Shown here: positions 47,038-56,531 of the stretch, one piece after another
Numbering within the stretch: the first letter of the stretch is position 1
Layout: each line of letters opens with the position of its first letter
Assembly: GCA_964236165.1 (NCBI GenBank)
Contig: CAXSDU010000001.1
Span: forward strand, 92,523-156,522
Direction: 5' to 3'
Origin: an uncultured Parafilimonas sp.
GTDB lineage: Bacteria > Bacteroidota > Bacteroidia > Chitinophagales > Chitinophagaceae
DNA: 64,000 bases
The notes under the pieces: generated by a model
The model's input: the letters and a program-made list of their open reading frames with translations, nothing else
Databases searched by the model: none
Told to the model about the DNA's origin: nothing
Position numbers and translations under genes: made by a program

Positions 47038-49119
47038 ATGCCAGGGAAAATTTTTGCAATTTTTTTGCTGCTGCTTTTTTTTAGTATTGAAAGCTGGAGC
47101 CAGGCATGTACAACACTAGGTCAAACACCGGAAACTGCATTTCCTGTTTGTGGCACCAGTGTGTTTCAACAACAAACAGTTCCGCAGTGTTCAAATGGTG
47201 TTGTGCCTGCATCTATCTGCGGAGGATATCCTGACACAAATCCATTTTGGTATCAATTTACCTGTTTTCAATCAGGAACGCTTGGGTTTATCATTACACC
47301 AAATAATCTGAATGATGATTATGACTGGGAAGTGTTTGATATTACTGGTCATGATCCAGGTGAAGTTTATACAAATTCAAATTTATTTTTAGTAGCAAAT
47401 TGGTCAGGAAATTCATCATCGGAAAGTTCCCGTGGATATACAGGAGTAACGGGTACATCTGCCAGCGGCAAAAACAGAATTGAATGCGGAACAAATCCCG
47501 AGGAATTAGGTGGGGGTCCGCCTTATTCTGACGCCCCAACGTTTAGCAACATGCCTGATATAATTCAGGGGCATATATATCTTTTATTGATTAGCCATTT
47601 TTCAGGAAATAATCAAAGCGGTTATGGACTTTCATTTAATAGCGGAAGCGCAGTTATAACAGATACAACAAAACCTGCTTTGCAGAGTGCGGTTGCAAGT
47701 TGCAATGGACAAAGCATTTATCTTAAGCTGAATAAAAAAATGAAATGCAGCAGCGTTGCTGTAAATGGAAGTGATTTTATCATCTCTCCAAATATTGTAA
47801 AAACGGTGTCTGCGAAATCTGCAAATTGTACAGATGGATTTGATATGGATTCTGTAATGATTAATCTTGATCAGCCATTATCTCCGGGCAATTATCAGCT
47901 TGTAATACAAAACGGAAACGACAACAATACGTTGGTTGATAATTGCGGCAATACAATTCCTGAATTAGACAGTATTCCTTTTATTGTTTATCCGTTGCAA
48001 CCAACACCATTTGATAGTATAATACCAGTAAAATGTTCGCCCAATATTCTGCAATTTTATTTTAGAAATGCAATGCAATGCAATTCCGTTGCTGCTGATG
48101 GAAGTGATTTTGTTATAACAGGTACTCCTGCTATTTCTGTTATAAACGCACACGGCGATGGCTGTAATTCAGATGGCGTTTCGCGTATTATTGATGTTGA
48201 ATTAAACAAAACTATTTTAGATGCAGGCTCATATAATATCACTTTGCAAAGAGGAAGTGATGGCAATACATTAATTGATGAATGCGCGCAGGAAACGCCG
48301 GCTGGTTCAACCATTGCATTTTCAACTGCAGATACTGTTTCGGCAGATTTTGCGTACAGGGTTGGTTTGGGTTGTACATATGATACGTTACTGTATGCAC
48401 ATGATGGAAAAGATCAAGTAAATCAATGGAACTGGACTTTTGATGTAGATGGAATAAGTATTACAGAAGATTCGCTTTTTTTATTCAATGATTATGGAAG
48501 TAAACATATTCTGCTTGTAGCAAGTAACGGTGTTTGTTCTGATTCTGCATCAGCCGATATTCTTTTAGATAATCAGTTAGAAGCCCGTTTTGCAATGGCG
48601 CCTTCAGCAAATTTATGCCCTGAAGATCTTGCGGTTTATACTGATTCAAGCATTGGAAAAATTGTAAGCTGGTATTGGACATTTGGTGATGGCACTACAA
48701 GCACATTTCAAAATCCGCCGGCAAAAAAATATGCTTCAGTAAGCGAGCGTGATGGAAGGTTTTATCCTGTTGCATTAATTGTAAAAAATGATATTAATTG
48801 TTTCGATACATCGCAAATAAAAATTCGGGTTTTATATAATTGCTACATTACAGTACCTACTGCTTTTACGCCAAACGGTGATGGGTTAAACGATTTCTTA
48901 TATCCCCTCAATGCATATAAAGCAGATAATCTTGAATTCAGGATATATAACCGCTACGGGCAAATGGTTTTTGAAACAACTGACTGGACAAGAAAATGGG
49001 ATGGAAAAATAAATGGGAAACCACAGGCATCCGGCACTTTTGTTTGGATGTTGTCTTACATTGATCATGATTCAGGCAAAAAAATATTCTTAAAGGGTAC
49101 AAGTGTTTTAATAAGATAG
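47038..49119 (+). CDS. T9SS-secreted surface protein with Ig-like repeats, PKD domain and type B (gliding motility-associated) CTD
   Basis: Signal peptide from ATG 47038; two CxSVAxxGSDF repeats; WYWTFGDG; C-terminal VPTAFTPNGDGLND...IYNRYG...WDG...G.FVW...KG...LIR. Confidence 0.88.
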   Translation: MPGKIFAIFLLLLFFSIESWSQACTTLGQTPETAFPVCGTSVFQQQTVPQCSNGVVPASICGGYPDTNPFWYQFTCFQSGTLGFIITPNNLNDDYDWEVFDITGHDPGEVYTNSNLFLVANWSGNSSSESSRGYTGVTGTSASGKNRIECGTNPEELGGGPPYSDAPTFSNMPDIIQGHIYLLLISHFSGNNQSGYGLSFNSGSAVITDTTKPALQSAVASCNGQSIYLKLNKKMKCSSVAVNGSDFIISPNIVKTVSAKSANCTDGFDMDSVMINLDQPLSPGNYQLVIQNGNDNNTLVDNCGNTIPELDSIPFIVYPLQPTPFDSIIPVKCSPNILQFYFRNAMQCNSVAADGSDFVITGTPAISVINAHGDGCNSDGVSRIIDVELNKTILDAGSYNITLQRGSDGNTLIDECAQETPAGSTIAFSTADTVSADFAYRVGLGCTYDTLLYAHDGKDQVNQWNWTFDVDGISITEDSLFLFNDYGSKHILLVASNGVCSDSASADILLDNQLEARFAMAPSANLCPEDLAVYTDSSIGKIVSWYWTFGDGTTSTFQNPPAKKYASVSERDGRFYPVALIVKNDINCFDTSQIKIRVLYNCYITVPTAFTPNGDGLNDFLYPLNAYKADNLEFRIYNRYGQMVFETTDWTRKWDGKINGKPQASGTFVWMLSYIDHDSGKKIFLKGTSVLIR

Positions 49120-49170
49120 ATAGGCATTGAAACTTATAATGCATAAACTTTTAATCATTATTTTTAAAAA

Positions 49171-49707
49171 ATGGAAGAAGTAATACTGGTAGACGAGTTT
49201 GATAACGAGCAGGGAAAAATGGAAAAAATGCAGGTACATCGCGAGGGCAGGTTGCACAGGGCTTTCAGCATTTTTATTTTTAATAATAAAGGCGAAATGC
49301 TGTTGCAGCAAAGAGCTTTAAACAAATATCACAGCGCAGGTTTATGGACGAATGCCTGCTGCAGCCATCCAAAACCAAATGAAGCAACGGAAATTGCTGC
49401 AATAAGAAGATTGAAAGAAGAGCTTGGATTTGCAACACAGCTTGAAAAAATTTTTGATTTTACTTATACAACAAGTTTTGATAATGGTTTAACGGAAAAC
49501 GAATTTGACCATGTTTTTTCAGGAATTTATGATGGCGAAATCAATATAAATAAAGCAGAAGTGCAAGATATTTGTTACAGAGCTATTGATGAAATTGAAT
49601 CTGCTATACAATCACACCCACAAAAATTTACAGCATGGTTTAAGATCGCATTTCCGCTTGTAAAAAAATCTATGGCTGAAGTAAATGCAAAAGTTCAAAC
49701 AGCATAA
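49171..49707 (+). CDS. idi: Isopentenyl-diphosphate delta-isomerase, type 1
   Basis: LHRAFSIFIFN, LLQQRA..KYH..GLWTNACCSHP, RRLKEELG, ENEFDHVF. Confidence 0.95.
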   Translation: MEEVILVDEFDNEQGKMEKMQVHREGRLHRAFSIFIFNNKGEMLLQQRALNKYHSAGLWTNACCSHPKPNEATEIAAIRRLKEELGFATQLEKIFDFTYTTSFDNGLTENEFDHVFSGIYDGEININKAEVQDICYRAIDEIESAIQSHPQKFTAWFKIAFPLVKKSMAEVNAKVQTA

Positions 49708-51212
49708 TGCCTGAAAAATTTAAAGCATATATTATTGGTTCGGGCATTGCAGGCATTGCAACTGCTATACGTTTGGCGGTTCAGAATTTTGATGTTATTG
49801 TTTTTGAAAAAAATAGTTATGCCGGCGGAAAAATAAATGTGCTTAAAAAAGATGGTTACACTTTCGATACAGGTCCAAGTTTATTTGTACAGCCGGAAAA
49901 TATTGAAGCGTTATTTACACTTGCAGAAGAAGATATTCATGATTATTTTAAGTATAAACCATTAAGCATTGGTTGCAAATATTTTTATGAAGATGGAACA
50001 ATCATAAATGCTTATACAGATAAAGAAAAATTTGCTGAAGAACTTTACAAAAAAACCGGCGAACCCAAACAAAATACTATTTCCTATTTAGAAGAATCAG
50101 GAAATATTTATAATCATATTGGCAATATTTTTCTTAATTATTCATTGCATAAAAGAGCTACATTAAAAAGAGCAAAAATTGCAACTGCGTTATTTAATAC
50201 AAAACACTCTTATCTTTTTTCAACGCTTCATAAAACAAACACAAAAAGATTTATAAAGCCGCACACGATTCAATTGTTTAATCGCTACGCAACTTACAGC
50301 GGCAGTAATCCGTACCAGGCGCCGGGTATGCTAAAATTAATTCCGCATATTGAATATAACGATGGTATATTTTATCCTGAAGGCGGAATGATTGCAATTA
50401 TAAAAGCGTTGTATAAGCTTGCTGAAAAAAAAGGTGTTCAGTTTAAATTTAATACTGAAGTTGAAAGAATAATTGAGTTTGAAAGCGAAGCAAAAGGAAT
50501 TGTTATTAATGAAAAAAATTTGTTTGCTGATGTAGTAATTAGCAACACTGATGTTTACTTCACTTATTTAAAAATGCTAAACGATGAACGCTTTGCAAAA
50601 AAAATTTTGAAGCAGGAACGCAGCAGCAGCGCAATAATTTTTTATTGGGGAATTAAAAAAGGATTTTCGCAACTTGAATTACATAATATCTTTTTCAGCA
50701 AAAATTATAAAGCTGAATTCGATTCCATTTTTAAGCTGAAAAATTTATATAATGATCCAACCATCTATATAAATATAACTTCTAAATGTGAGCCTGGCAT
50801 TCATGCACCTGAAGGGAAAGAAAATTGGTTTGTAATGGTAAATATTGCTGCAGACAGTAAAATGAGTGATGACAGTTTTATAAAAACATGCAGGCAAAAT
50901 GTTTTATTAAAACTCAGCCGCATATTAAATGAAGACATAGAAAGCCTGATTGAAACAGAAGACATATTGCATCCAAAAATGATTGAAGAACTTACATCAA
51001 GTTATCTTGGCGCATTATACGGAACAAGTTCAAACACTAAACGAGCTGCATTTTTTCGCCACCCGAATTTTTCAAAAGATATAAACCGATTATATTTTGC
51101 AGGCGGCAGTGTACATCCGGGCGGCGGAATTCCTTTATGTTTAAGATCAGCAAAAATTACTTCAGATATAATTGCTGAAGACAGCCGCAAATGGCAGCAT
51201 CATCATGAATAA
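49707..51212 (+). CDS. crtD: Carotenoid desaturase, most likely 1-hydroxycarotenoid 3,4-desaturase CrtD
   Basis: IIGSGIAG, FDTGPS, RYATYSGS, GALYGTSSN, GGSVHPGGGIPLCL; adjacent to a CruF-like hydratase; CrtI not fully excluded. Confidence 0.7.
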   Translation: MPEKFKAYIIGSGIAGIATAIRLAVQNFDVIVFEKNSYAGGKINVLKKDGYTFDTGPSLFVQPENIEALFTLAEEDIHDYFKYKPLSIGCKYFYEDGTIINAYTDKEKFAEELYKKTGEPKQNTISYLEESGNIYNHIGNIFLNYSLHKRATLKRAKIATALFNTKHSYLFSTLHKTNTKRFIKPHTIQLFNRYATYSGSNPYQAPGMLKLIPHIEYNDGIFYPEGGMIAIIKALYKLAEKKGVQFKFNTEVERIIEFESEAKGIVINEKNLFADVVISNTDVYFTYLKMLNDERFAKKILKQERSSSAIIFYWGIKKGFSQLELHNIFFSKNYKAEFDSIFKLKNLYNDPTIYINITSKCEPGIHAPEGKENWFVMVNIAADSKMSDDSFIKTCRQNVLLKLSRILNEDIESLIETEDILHPKMIEELTSSYLGALYGTSSNTKRAAFFRHPNFSKDINRLYFAGGSVHPGGGIPLCLRSAKITSDIIAEDSRKWQHHHE

Positions 51213-51894
51213 AAAAAATCTTGTAAATAATGTTGCGCTTTTTATTGCGTTGTTATTTCATATAGCTGGTGCAATTGGTATTTTATTTACGCCTTATAAA
51301 AACTGGTTCATTCAAAACACGCCGCTTAATCTTTTAATAATGGCGGCGTTGCTCATCATCACTCAAAAAGAAAAGAACATTTATTTTTTTATTTTTTTGC
51401 TGATAACAATTGTGGTTGGCTTTGTTGTTGAATATACCGGCACAAATACCGCTTTAATTTTTGGTCATTATACTTATGGAAATATTTTAGGCTTGAAAAT
51501 TTTTGGATTGCCTTTAATTATTGCGGTTAATTGGTTTATTGTAATTTATTGCGCAGGTGTTACAACACAGTTGTATGAAAACAAAATGTTGAAACGTATT
51601 AATGAAAAAGGCATGAGCATAAATGCCGGTGTGCAAACAATTTCTTTTGTTATAGATGCTTCTTTGCTTGCAGTATTATTTGACTGGATGATTGAACCCG
51701 TTGCAGATAAACTTGGTTATTGGAAATGGGAAGGCGGCGATATTCCGTTTTATAATTATGTATGCTGGTTTATTATTAGTGCTTTATTATTTGCACTTTT
51801 TCAACAATTGCCGTTTACGAAACGCAACATATTCGCTGTACATTTGTTAATCATACAACTATTGTTTTTTTTAGTATTAAGAACTTTTTTATGA
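51205..51894 (+). CDS. Carotenoid biosynthesis membrane protein (DUF422 / CruF-like 1,2-hydratase)
   Basis: EYTGTNT..IFGHYTYG..LG...GLPLII, DWMIEP......YW.W..G.IP.YNYVCW; start ATG 51205. Confidence 0.8.
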   Translation: MNKKNLVNNVALFIALLFHIAGAIGILFTPYKNWFIQNTPLNLLIMAALLIITQKEKNIYFFIFLLITIVVGFVVEYTGTNTALIFGHYTYGNILGLKIFGLPLIIAVNWFIVIYCAGVTTQLYENKMLKRINEKGMSINAGVQTISFVIDASLLAVLFDWMIEPVADKLGYWKWEGGDIPFYNYVCWFIISALLFALFQQLPFTKRNIFAVHLLIIQLLFFLVLRTFL

Positions 51895-52385
51895 ACTGGA
51901 TTTTATATCCGCTTATCACTTTCACAACTTTTTTAATTATGGAAGGCATTACATGGCTTACGCATAAATATGTAATGCATGGCTTTTTATGGTATTTGCA
52001 TGAAGATCATCATAATCCTAAGCATCATGTGTTTGAAAAGAACGATGCATTTTTTGTAATTTTTGCTATACCAAGCTGGCTTTGTATAATGTTAGGAAGC
52101 ATGAATGAAGCATGGTGGGTTGTAAGCATTGGCGCTGGCATTGCTATGTATGGTTTTGCTTATTTTTTAGTGCATGATATAATCATTCATCAACGTTTTA
52201 AATTACTTACAAAAAGTAATAACCAATATGTAAGAGCTATTCGCTGGGCGCATAAAATGCATCACCGCCATATGAATAAAGAAGATGGCGAAAGCTTTGG
52301 AATGCTCTTCATTGCAAAAAAATATTGGGAGAAAATTAAGCGTGATGAAAGATTAAAAAAATCATTCACACCGATATCGCAATAA
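51891..52385 (+). CDS. crtZ: Beta-carotene 3-hydroxylase
   Basis: Histidine boxes HKYVMHG, HEDHH, FEKND, VHD..IHQRF, HKMHH, SFG. Confidence 0.88.
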   Translation: MNWILYPLITFTTFLIMEGITWLTHKYVMHGFLWYLHEDHHNPKHHVFEKNDAFFVIFAIPSWLCIMLGSMNEAWWVVSIGAGIAMYGFAYFLVHDIIIHQRFKLLTKSNNQYVRAIRWAHKMHHRHMNKEDGESFGMLFIAKKYWEKIKRDERLKKSFTPISQ

Positions 52386-53531
52386 CTACTCTTTTATTTT
52401 ATTTCCGAAGAATGATACGCCTAAACCAAGCAATGCGATTATTGCGAATGAGATTTGCAAACCTGCTAGCTGGGAAATAAACCCAATCAATGGCGGACCA
52501 ATTAAAAATCCTACAAAACTTATGGTTGAAACTGCTGCGAGCGCTAAACCCGGCGACATTGTTTTTGATCTTCCTGCCATTGCATAGACCATCGGCACAA
52601 CACACGAAGCACCAAAACCAACCAGTAAACATCCGGCAATTGCGGAATATAAGTAAGGAAGTAATATCACTATAGATAACCCTGATGCAATTAAAATTCC
52701 GCTAAACTGCAAAATGCGCTTTGCACCAAATTTTGTTATCAGCTTATCACCTAAAAATCTTCCTGTTGCCATTGTGCCTGCAAAAGCAACATAACCTAAA
52801 GTTTTATATGCAGCAGCCGAATGAATTATATTTTGAAAATATACACCACTCCAGTCTGCCATTGCACCTTCACAAATCATACTGCAAAAAGCAATAAAAC
52901 CAAGTAGCAAAACTGCTTTATCAGGTTTTACAAATATGGGTTGCGCTGATTTTTTATAACCATCATCAGGCAAAGTATTCTTATAAGAAACCAATACCAT
53001 AATAAGTGCAGCTAGTGCAATAATTATAAAATGCACGAAAGGAGGAATGGCTGCTGCTACGAAAAAGTTTCCGACAGCCGCGCCGCAAAAACCTGCAAGA
53101 CTCCATAAACCGTGAAACGATGCCATTATAGATCTTCCGTATAAAGATTCAACGCCAATCGCTTGTGTATTCATTGCAATATTTACAAGGTTAGCCCAAA
53201 TTCCAAAAAGAAATAGTATAAGAACCAGTTGCCATACCGTTGCAGTAACACCAAGCAGAATTAATGTTAGCGGAAAAAATATTGCTGATGCAATAACCAA
53301 TTGCCTGCTGCCAAATTTTGATACGAGCCAGCCTGATAATGGTAAGCTTACAATTTGACCAACAGGTATTGCAAATAAAATACCGCCAAGCGCGGCATCA
53401 CTTAAATGCAACGCGTTTTTGATATCTGGAATTCTGCTTGCCCACGTTGCTACAACAAGACCTGCTATAAAAAAGAATATACTTACAGCAATTCTGTGCA
53501 CACGTGTGTTTGCAGATAATGAAATGTTCAT
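52386..53531 (-). CDS. MFS transporter (YbjJ-like)
   Basis: WASRIPDIK, DIAMN-like NIAMNTQA, MASFHGLWSLAG, EGAMADWS, GRFLGD, GPPLIG; about 12 TM. Confidence 0.88.
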   Translation of the reverse strand: MNISLSANTRVHRIAVSIFFFIAGLVVATWASRIPDIKNALHLSDAALGGILFAIPVGQIVSLPLSGWLVSKFGSRQLVIASAIFFPLTLILLGVTATVWQLVLILFLFGIWANLVNIAMNTQAIGVESLYGRSIMASFHGLWSLAGFCGAAVGNFFVAAAIPPFVHFIIIALAALIMVLVSYKNTLPDDGYKKSAQPIFVKPDKAVLLLGFIAFCSMICEGAMADWSGVYFQNIIHSAAAYKTLGYVAFAGTMATGRFLGDKLITKFGAKRILQFSGILIASGLSIVILLPYLYSAIAGCLLVGFGASCVVPMVYAMAGRSKTMSPGLALAAVSTISFVGFLIGPPLIGFISQLAGLQISFAIIALLGLGVSFFGNKIKE

Positions 53532-53558
53532 TTAAAATACTTTTTAAAATACTTTATA

Positions 53559-54050
53559 TTAAGCGGCTTTTACCTGAGGAATACTGGTTAATCTTCCTTT
53601 CTTTAGCTCCGGTTCATCTTTTATTTGAGCAGCCTTAGCAGGCTTTTTTACAAAATATTCTTTGCTCATTAATGGTGAATTAAATATAAAGTCTGCAGTA
53701 GTTTTATTAAAAGCAATAATTACATTATTATCCTTTACACTTTCCATTAATATCTCAAAATCTTTATGCTGAAATTCATCTGAAGTAAAGAATACCAGTA
53801 TATCAATTTTATTTTCAGCAATCATATCAGCCAGCATTCTGTAACCGCCTAACGGACCACTGATTAATTTGTTTACTGCTTTATTTAATGTGCCTTCTAA
53901 AATTTTTATAGCAGAACCTGTTGCAATAATCTCATGCTTTAACAATAAATCTCTATTGAAATAAGACCATTCAATTAGTTTTGAATTTTTATTATCACTT
54001 GCTACAAAAGCAATTGTTTTAATTTTTTTCATTGTTCTGTTGTTCATCAT
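53559..54050 (-). CDS. Methylglyoxal-synthase-like protein with degenerate active site
   Basis: IAFVASD, IATG, SGPLGG, IDILVFF, TADF..NSPLM align with MgsA but catalytic residues are replaced. Confidence 0.8.
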   Translation of the reverse strand: MMNNRTMKKIKTIAFVASDNKNSKLIEWSYFNRDLLLKHEIIATGSAIKILEGTLNKAVNKLISGPLGGYRMLADMIAENKIDILVFFTSDEFQHKDFEILMESVKDNNVIIAFNKTTADFIFNSPLMSKEYFVKKPAKAAQIKDEPELKKGRLTSIPQVKAA

Positions 54051-54125
54051 AAATCCTTTTTAATTTAAAATCATTATTTCTAAATCTTCTTTCCTAATGA
54101 ACAAACAATCATCAAATTTGCATCC

Positions 54126-54146
54126 AATGTGTATAACGTACACATT
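54126..54146. promoter_or_regulatory. Perfect inverted repeat, candidate operator
   Basis: AATGTGTA-taacg-TACACATT about 75 nt upstream of the MgsA-like gene. Confidence 0.45.
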
Positions 54147-54313
54147 CAATACTTATTTTATAGAAATGTAACCTTTTAAAATTTTAGACAATGCTAATCG
54201 CTGTTAGCCTTTAAGCAGTAATTCATTGCAAATCATTGATAATAACTTACTGTTAAGTTAGTATTATTTTGGTTTTATTTATCAATGACAGTTTAGCAGC
54301 ACAAGTTTTAATA

Positions 54314-55141
54314 CTATTTTTTACCCTGAAAAAATTCGTAATGAGTTAAAATGTTTTTTAAGATCGATGTGCGGATGTTTTTTATATCCATATTATGTGG
54401 TCCTTCAATTTGTAAAACAAAAAAGTATGGATGCAGATTTTCTTCTTCCCAACCTACAATCCAACCGATTGATTTTCCATCTTCTTTAAATCCCCAACCT
54501 GTTTTATAACTCAGCTTATAATTTGCATTGCTTTGCTGCAGCATTACTCTTTTTACAATATCCTGTACACGTTTTTGAAAAGGTAACTGGTCGAAATATA
54601 ATTTTTTAATAAGACCTAATTGTTCATCAGCAGTAATCTTAATATTATTATTGAGCCAGAAAGTATCAATGTCATTATTAATAGCTGCACGACCATATTT
54701 AGATGCATAACCCAAACTATCAAGCCAGCGTTGCATGGTATCTTTTCCAATTCGCCGCGCAACTTCCTGGTAATATGGAACGGCAGAAACTTTAAACGCC
54801 TGTTCCATTGTAAGATCTTTGTTCCAATCAGGGTTTGAACGCACAATACCATCCCAGGGAATTACCATATTTTCATTTGTAATAATACCGGTTTGCAACC
54901 CTATAAGTGAATTAACAATTTTAAAAGTTGATGCAGGAAGATAAGCGCTATCAGTAAACCTGTGCAAATTATAAATAGTGAATTGTGCCTGCCCGTTATT
55001 AAACATTCCAAATGTTCCGGTAACATGATATTCATCAAAATATTTTTGTAAACTATCGTCTGATACAACGTTGTTTGATGTGCAGGAAAATAAATAAAAA
55101 GTAAAAATCAAAAAATAACTAATCGAATTATATTTAAACAT
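54314..55141 (-). CDS. Class D (OXA-type) beta-lactamase / penicillin-binding transpeptidase, lipoprotein
   Basis: PASTFK (SxxK), SAV (SxV), FWL, YKTG, GWIVGW; lipobox LFSC. Confidence 0.85.
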   Translation of the reverse strand: MFKYNSISYFLIFTFYLFSCTSNNVVSDDSLQKYFDEYHVTGTFGMFNNGQAQFTIYNLHRFTDSAYLPASTFKIVNSLIGLQTGIITNENMVIPWDGIVRSNPDWNKDLTMEQAFKVSAVPYYQEVARRIGKDTMQRWLDSLGYASKYGRAAINNDIDTFWLNNNIKITADEQLGLIKKLYFDQLPFQKRVQDIVKRVMLQQSNANYKLSYKTGWGFKEDGKSIGWIVGWEEENLHPYFFVLQIEGPHNMDIKNIRTSILKNILTHYEFFQGKK

Positions 55142-55154
55142 TATTGTTTTTAGT

Positions 55155-56345
55155 TTAATTTTTTAAAACTTCTAATTCTTTTCCAATTTTACTAAACGCT
55201 GCAACTGCTTTGTCAATATGTTGCATTTCGTGCGCAGCACTTAACTGAACACGAATACGTGCCTGGTCTTTCGGAACAACAGGATAAAAAAATCCAATTA
55301 CATAAATGCCTTCGTCTAATAATTTAGCTGCAAAGTTTTGCGCAACAACAGCATCATACAACATTATTGGAACTATTGGATGTTCACCCGATTTTATATC
55401 AAAACCAGCTTCTGTAATTTTTGTTCTGAAATATTTTGTATTTTGTTCTAATTTATCACGCAGTTCAGTTGTTTCGGTCAGCATATCAAAAACAGCGATA
55501 GAAGCGCCTGCAATTGCAGGTGCCAATGTGTTTGAAAAAAGATAAGGGCGCGAACGTTGACGCAACATTTCAATAATTTCTTTTCTTCCGCTGGTAAAAC
55601 CTCCGTTTGCGCCGCCAAGCGCTTTACCTAAAGTACCGGTGATGATATCAACTCTTCCCATTACATTTTTATACTCATGCGTTCCTCTTCCTGTTTTACC
55701 AATAAAACCTGTTGAGTGGCTGTCATCAATCATTACAATTGCATCATATTTATCAGCCAGATCGCAAATAATATCAAGCTGCGCAATAGTTCCATCCATA
55801 CTAAAAGAACCATCTGTAACAATTATGCGGCTGCGTAAATGCACAGCATCTAATAGCTTTTTTTCAAGATCCTCCATATTATTGTGCTCGTATCGATAAC
55901 GCTGTGCCTTACACAAACGCACGCCATCAATAACCGAAGCATGGTTTAAAGCATCACTTATTATTGCATCCTGCTCATTAAATAAGGGTTCGAATACTCC
56001 ACCATTAGCATCGAAAGCAGCACAATATAAAATAGTATCTTTTGTTCCTAAAAATGTAGCGATTTTTTGTTCCAGTTCTTTATGAATATCCTGCGTACCG
56101 CAGATGAAACGCACACTGCTTAAGCCATAACCATGTGTTTCAATTGCTTTATGCGCTGCTTCAATAACTTTTGGATGTGATGAAAGACCAAGATAATTAT
56201 TAGCACAAAAATTTAAAACTGTTTTGCCATTTACTGTTATTTCTGCACCTTGCTGGCTTATAATAATGCGTTCTTTTTTTAACAATCCGGCAGTTTCTAT
56301 TTCCTTTAATTGAATATGTATGCGCTCAACAAATTTTTCGTTCAT
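55155..56345 (-). CDS. kbl: 2-amino-3-ketobutyrate CoA ligase (glycine C-acetyltransferase)
   Basis: NFCANNYLGLS, SVRFICGTQDIH, DALNHAS, TGTLGKALGG, RQRSRPYLFSN, ARIRVQLSAAH; start ATG 56345, promoter TAGGTTTG 56364-56371. Confidence 0.95.
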   Translation of the reverse strand: MNEKFVERIHIQLKEIETAGLLKKERIIISQQGAEITVNGKTVLNFCANNYLGLSSHPKVIEAAHKAIETHGYGLSSVRFICGTQDIHKELEQKIATFLGTKDTILYCAAFDANGGVFEPLFNEQDAIISDALNHASVIDGVRLCKAQRYRYEHNNMEDLEKKLLDAVHLRSRIIVTDGSFSMDGTIAQLDIICDLADKYDAIVMIDDSHSTGFIGKTGRGTHEYKNVMGRVDIITGTLGKALGGANGGFTSGRKEIIEMLRQRSRPYLFSNTLAPAIAGASIAVFDMLTETTELRDKLEQNTKYFRTKITEAGFDIKSGEHPIVPIMLYDAVVAQNFAAKLLDEGIYVIGFFYPVVPKDQARIRVQLSAAHEMQHIDKAVAAFSKIGKELEVLKN

Positions 56346-56531
56346 GGCTATGTTTGTTTGGCGCAAACCTAATACAATTTAAAAAAATAGCTGTTAAATA
56401 AGCATGCAATAAATGCCTAACGTTAAGCATTAGGTACAATAAATTTGCAGGTTTACAGTTAAAGAATAATAACTGTAAATTTGAAAAATAGCAGGCATCT
56501 TTGTTTATATTTAAGTTACAAAGACCTTTAC

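Noticed and set aside
52380-52390. Convergent genes abutting or overlapping at stop codons with no terminator (also 22078-22081 and 40738-40741)
   Set aside because: Common in compact Bacteroidota genomes; no evidence of regulation from sequence alone
55155-56345. Possibility that the AOS-family enzyme is serine palmitoyltransferase, pairing with the bCerS-like gene
   Set aside because: NFCANNYLGL, SVRFICGT and RQRSRPYLFSN are Kbl-specific signatures
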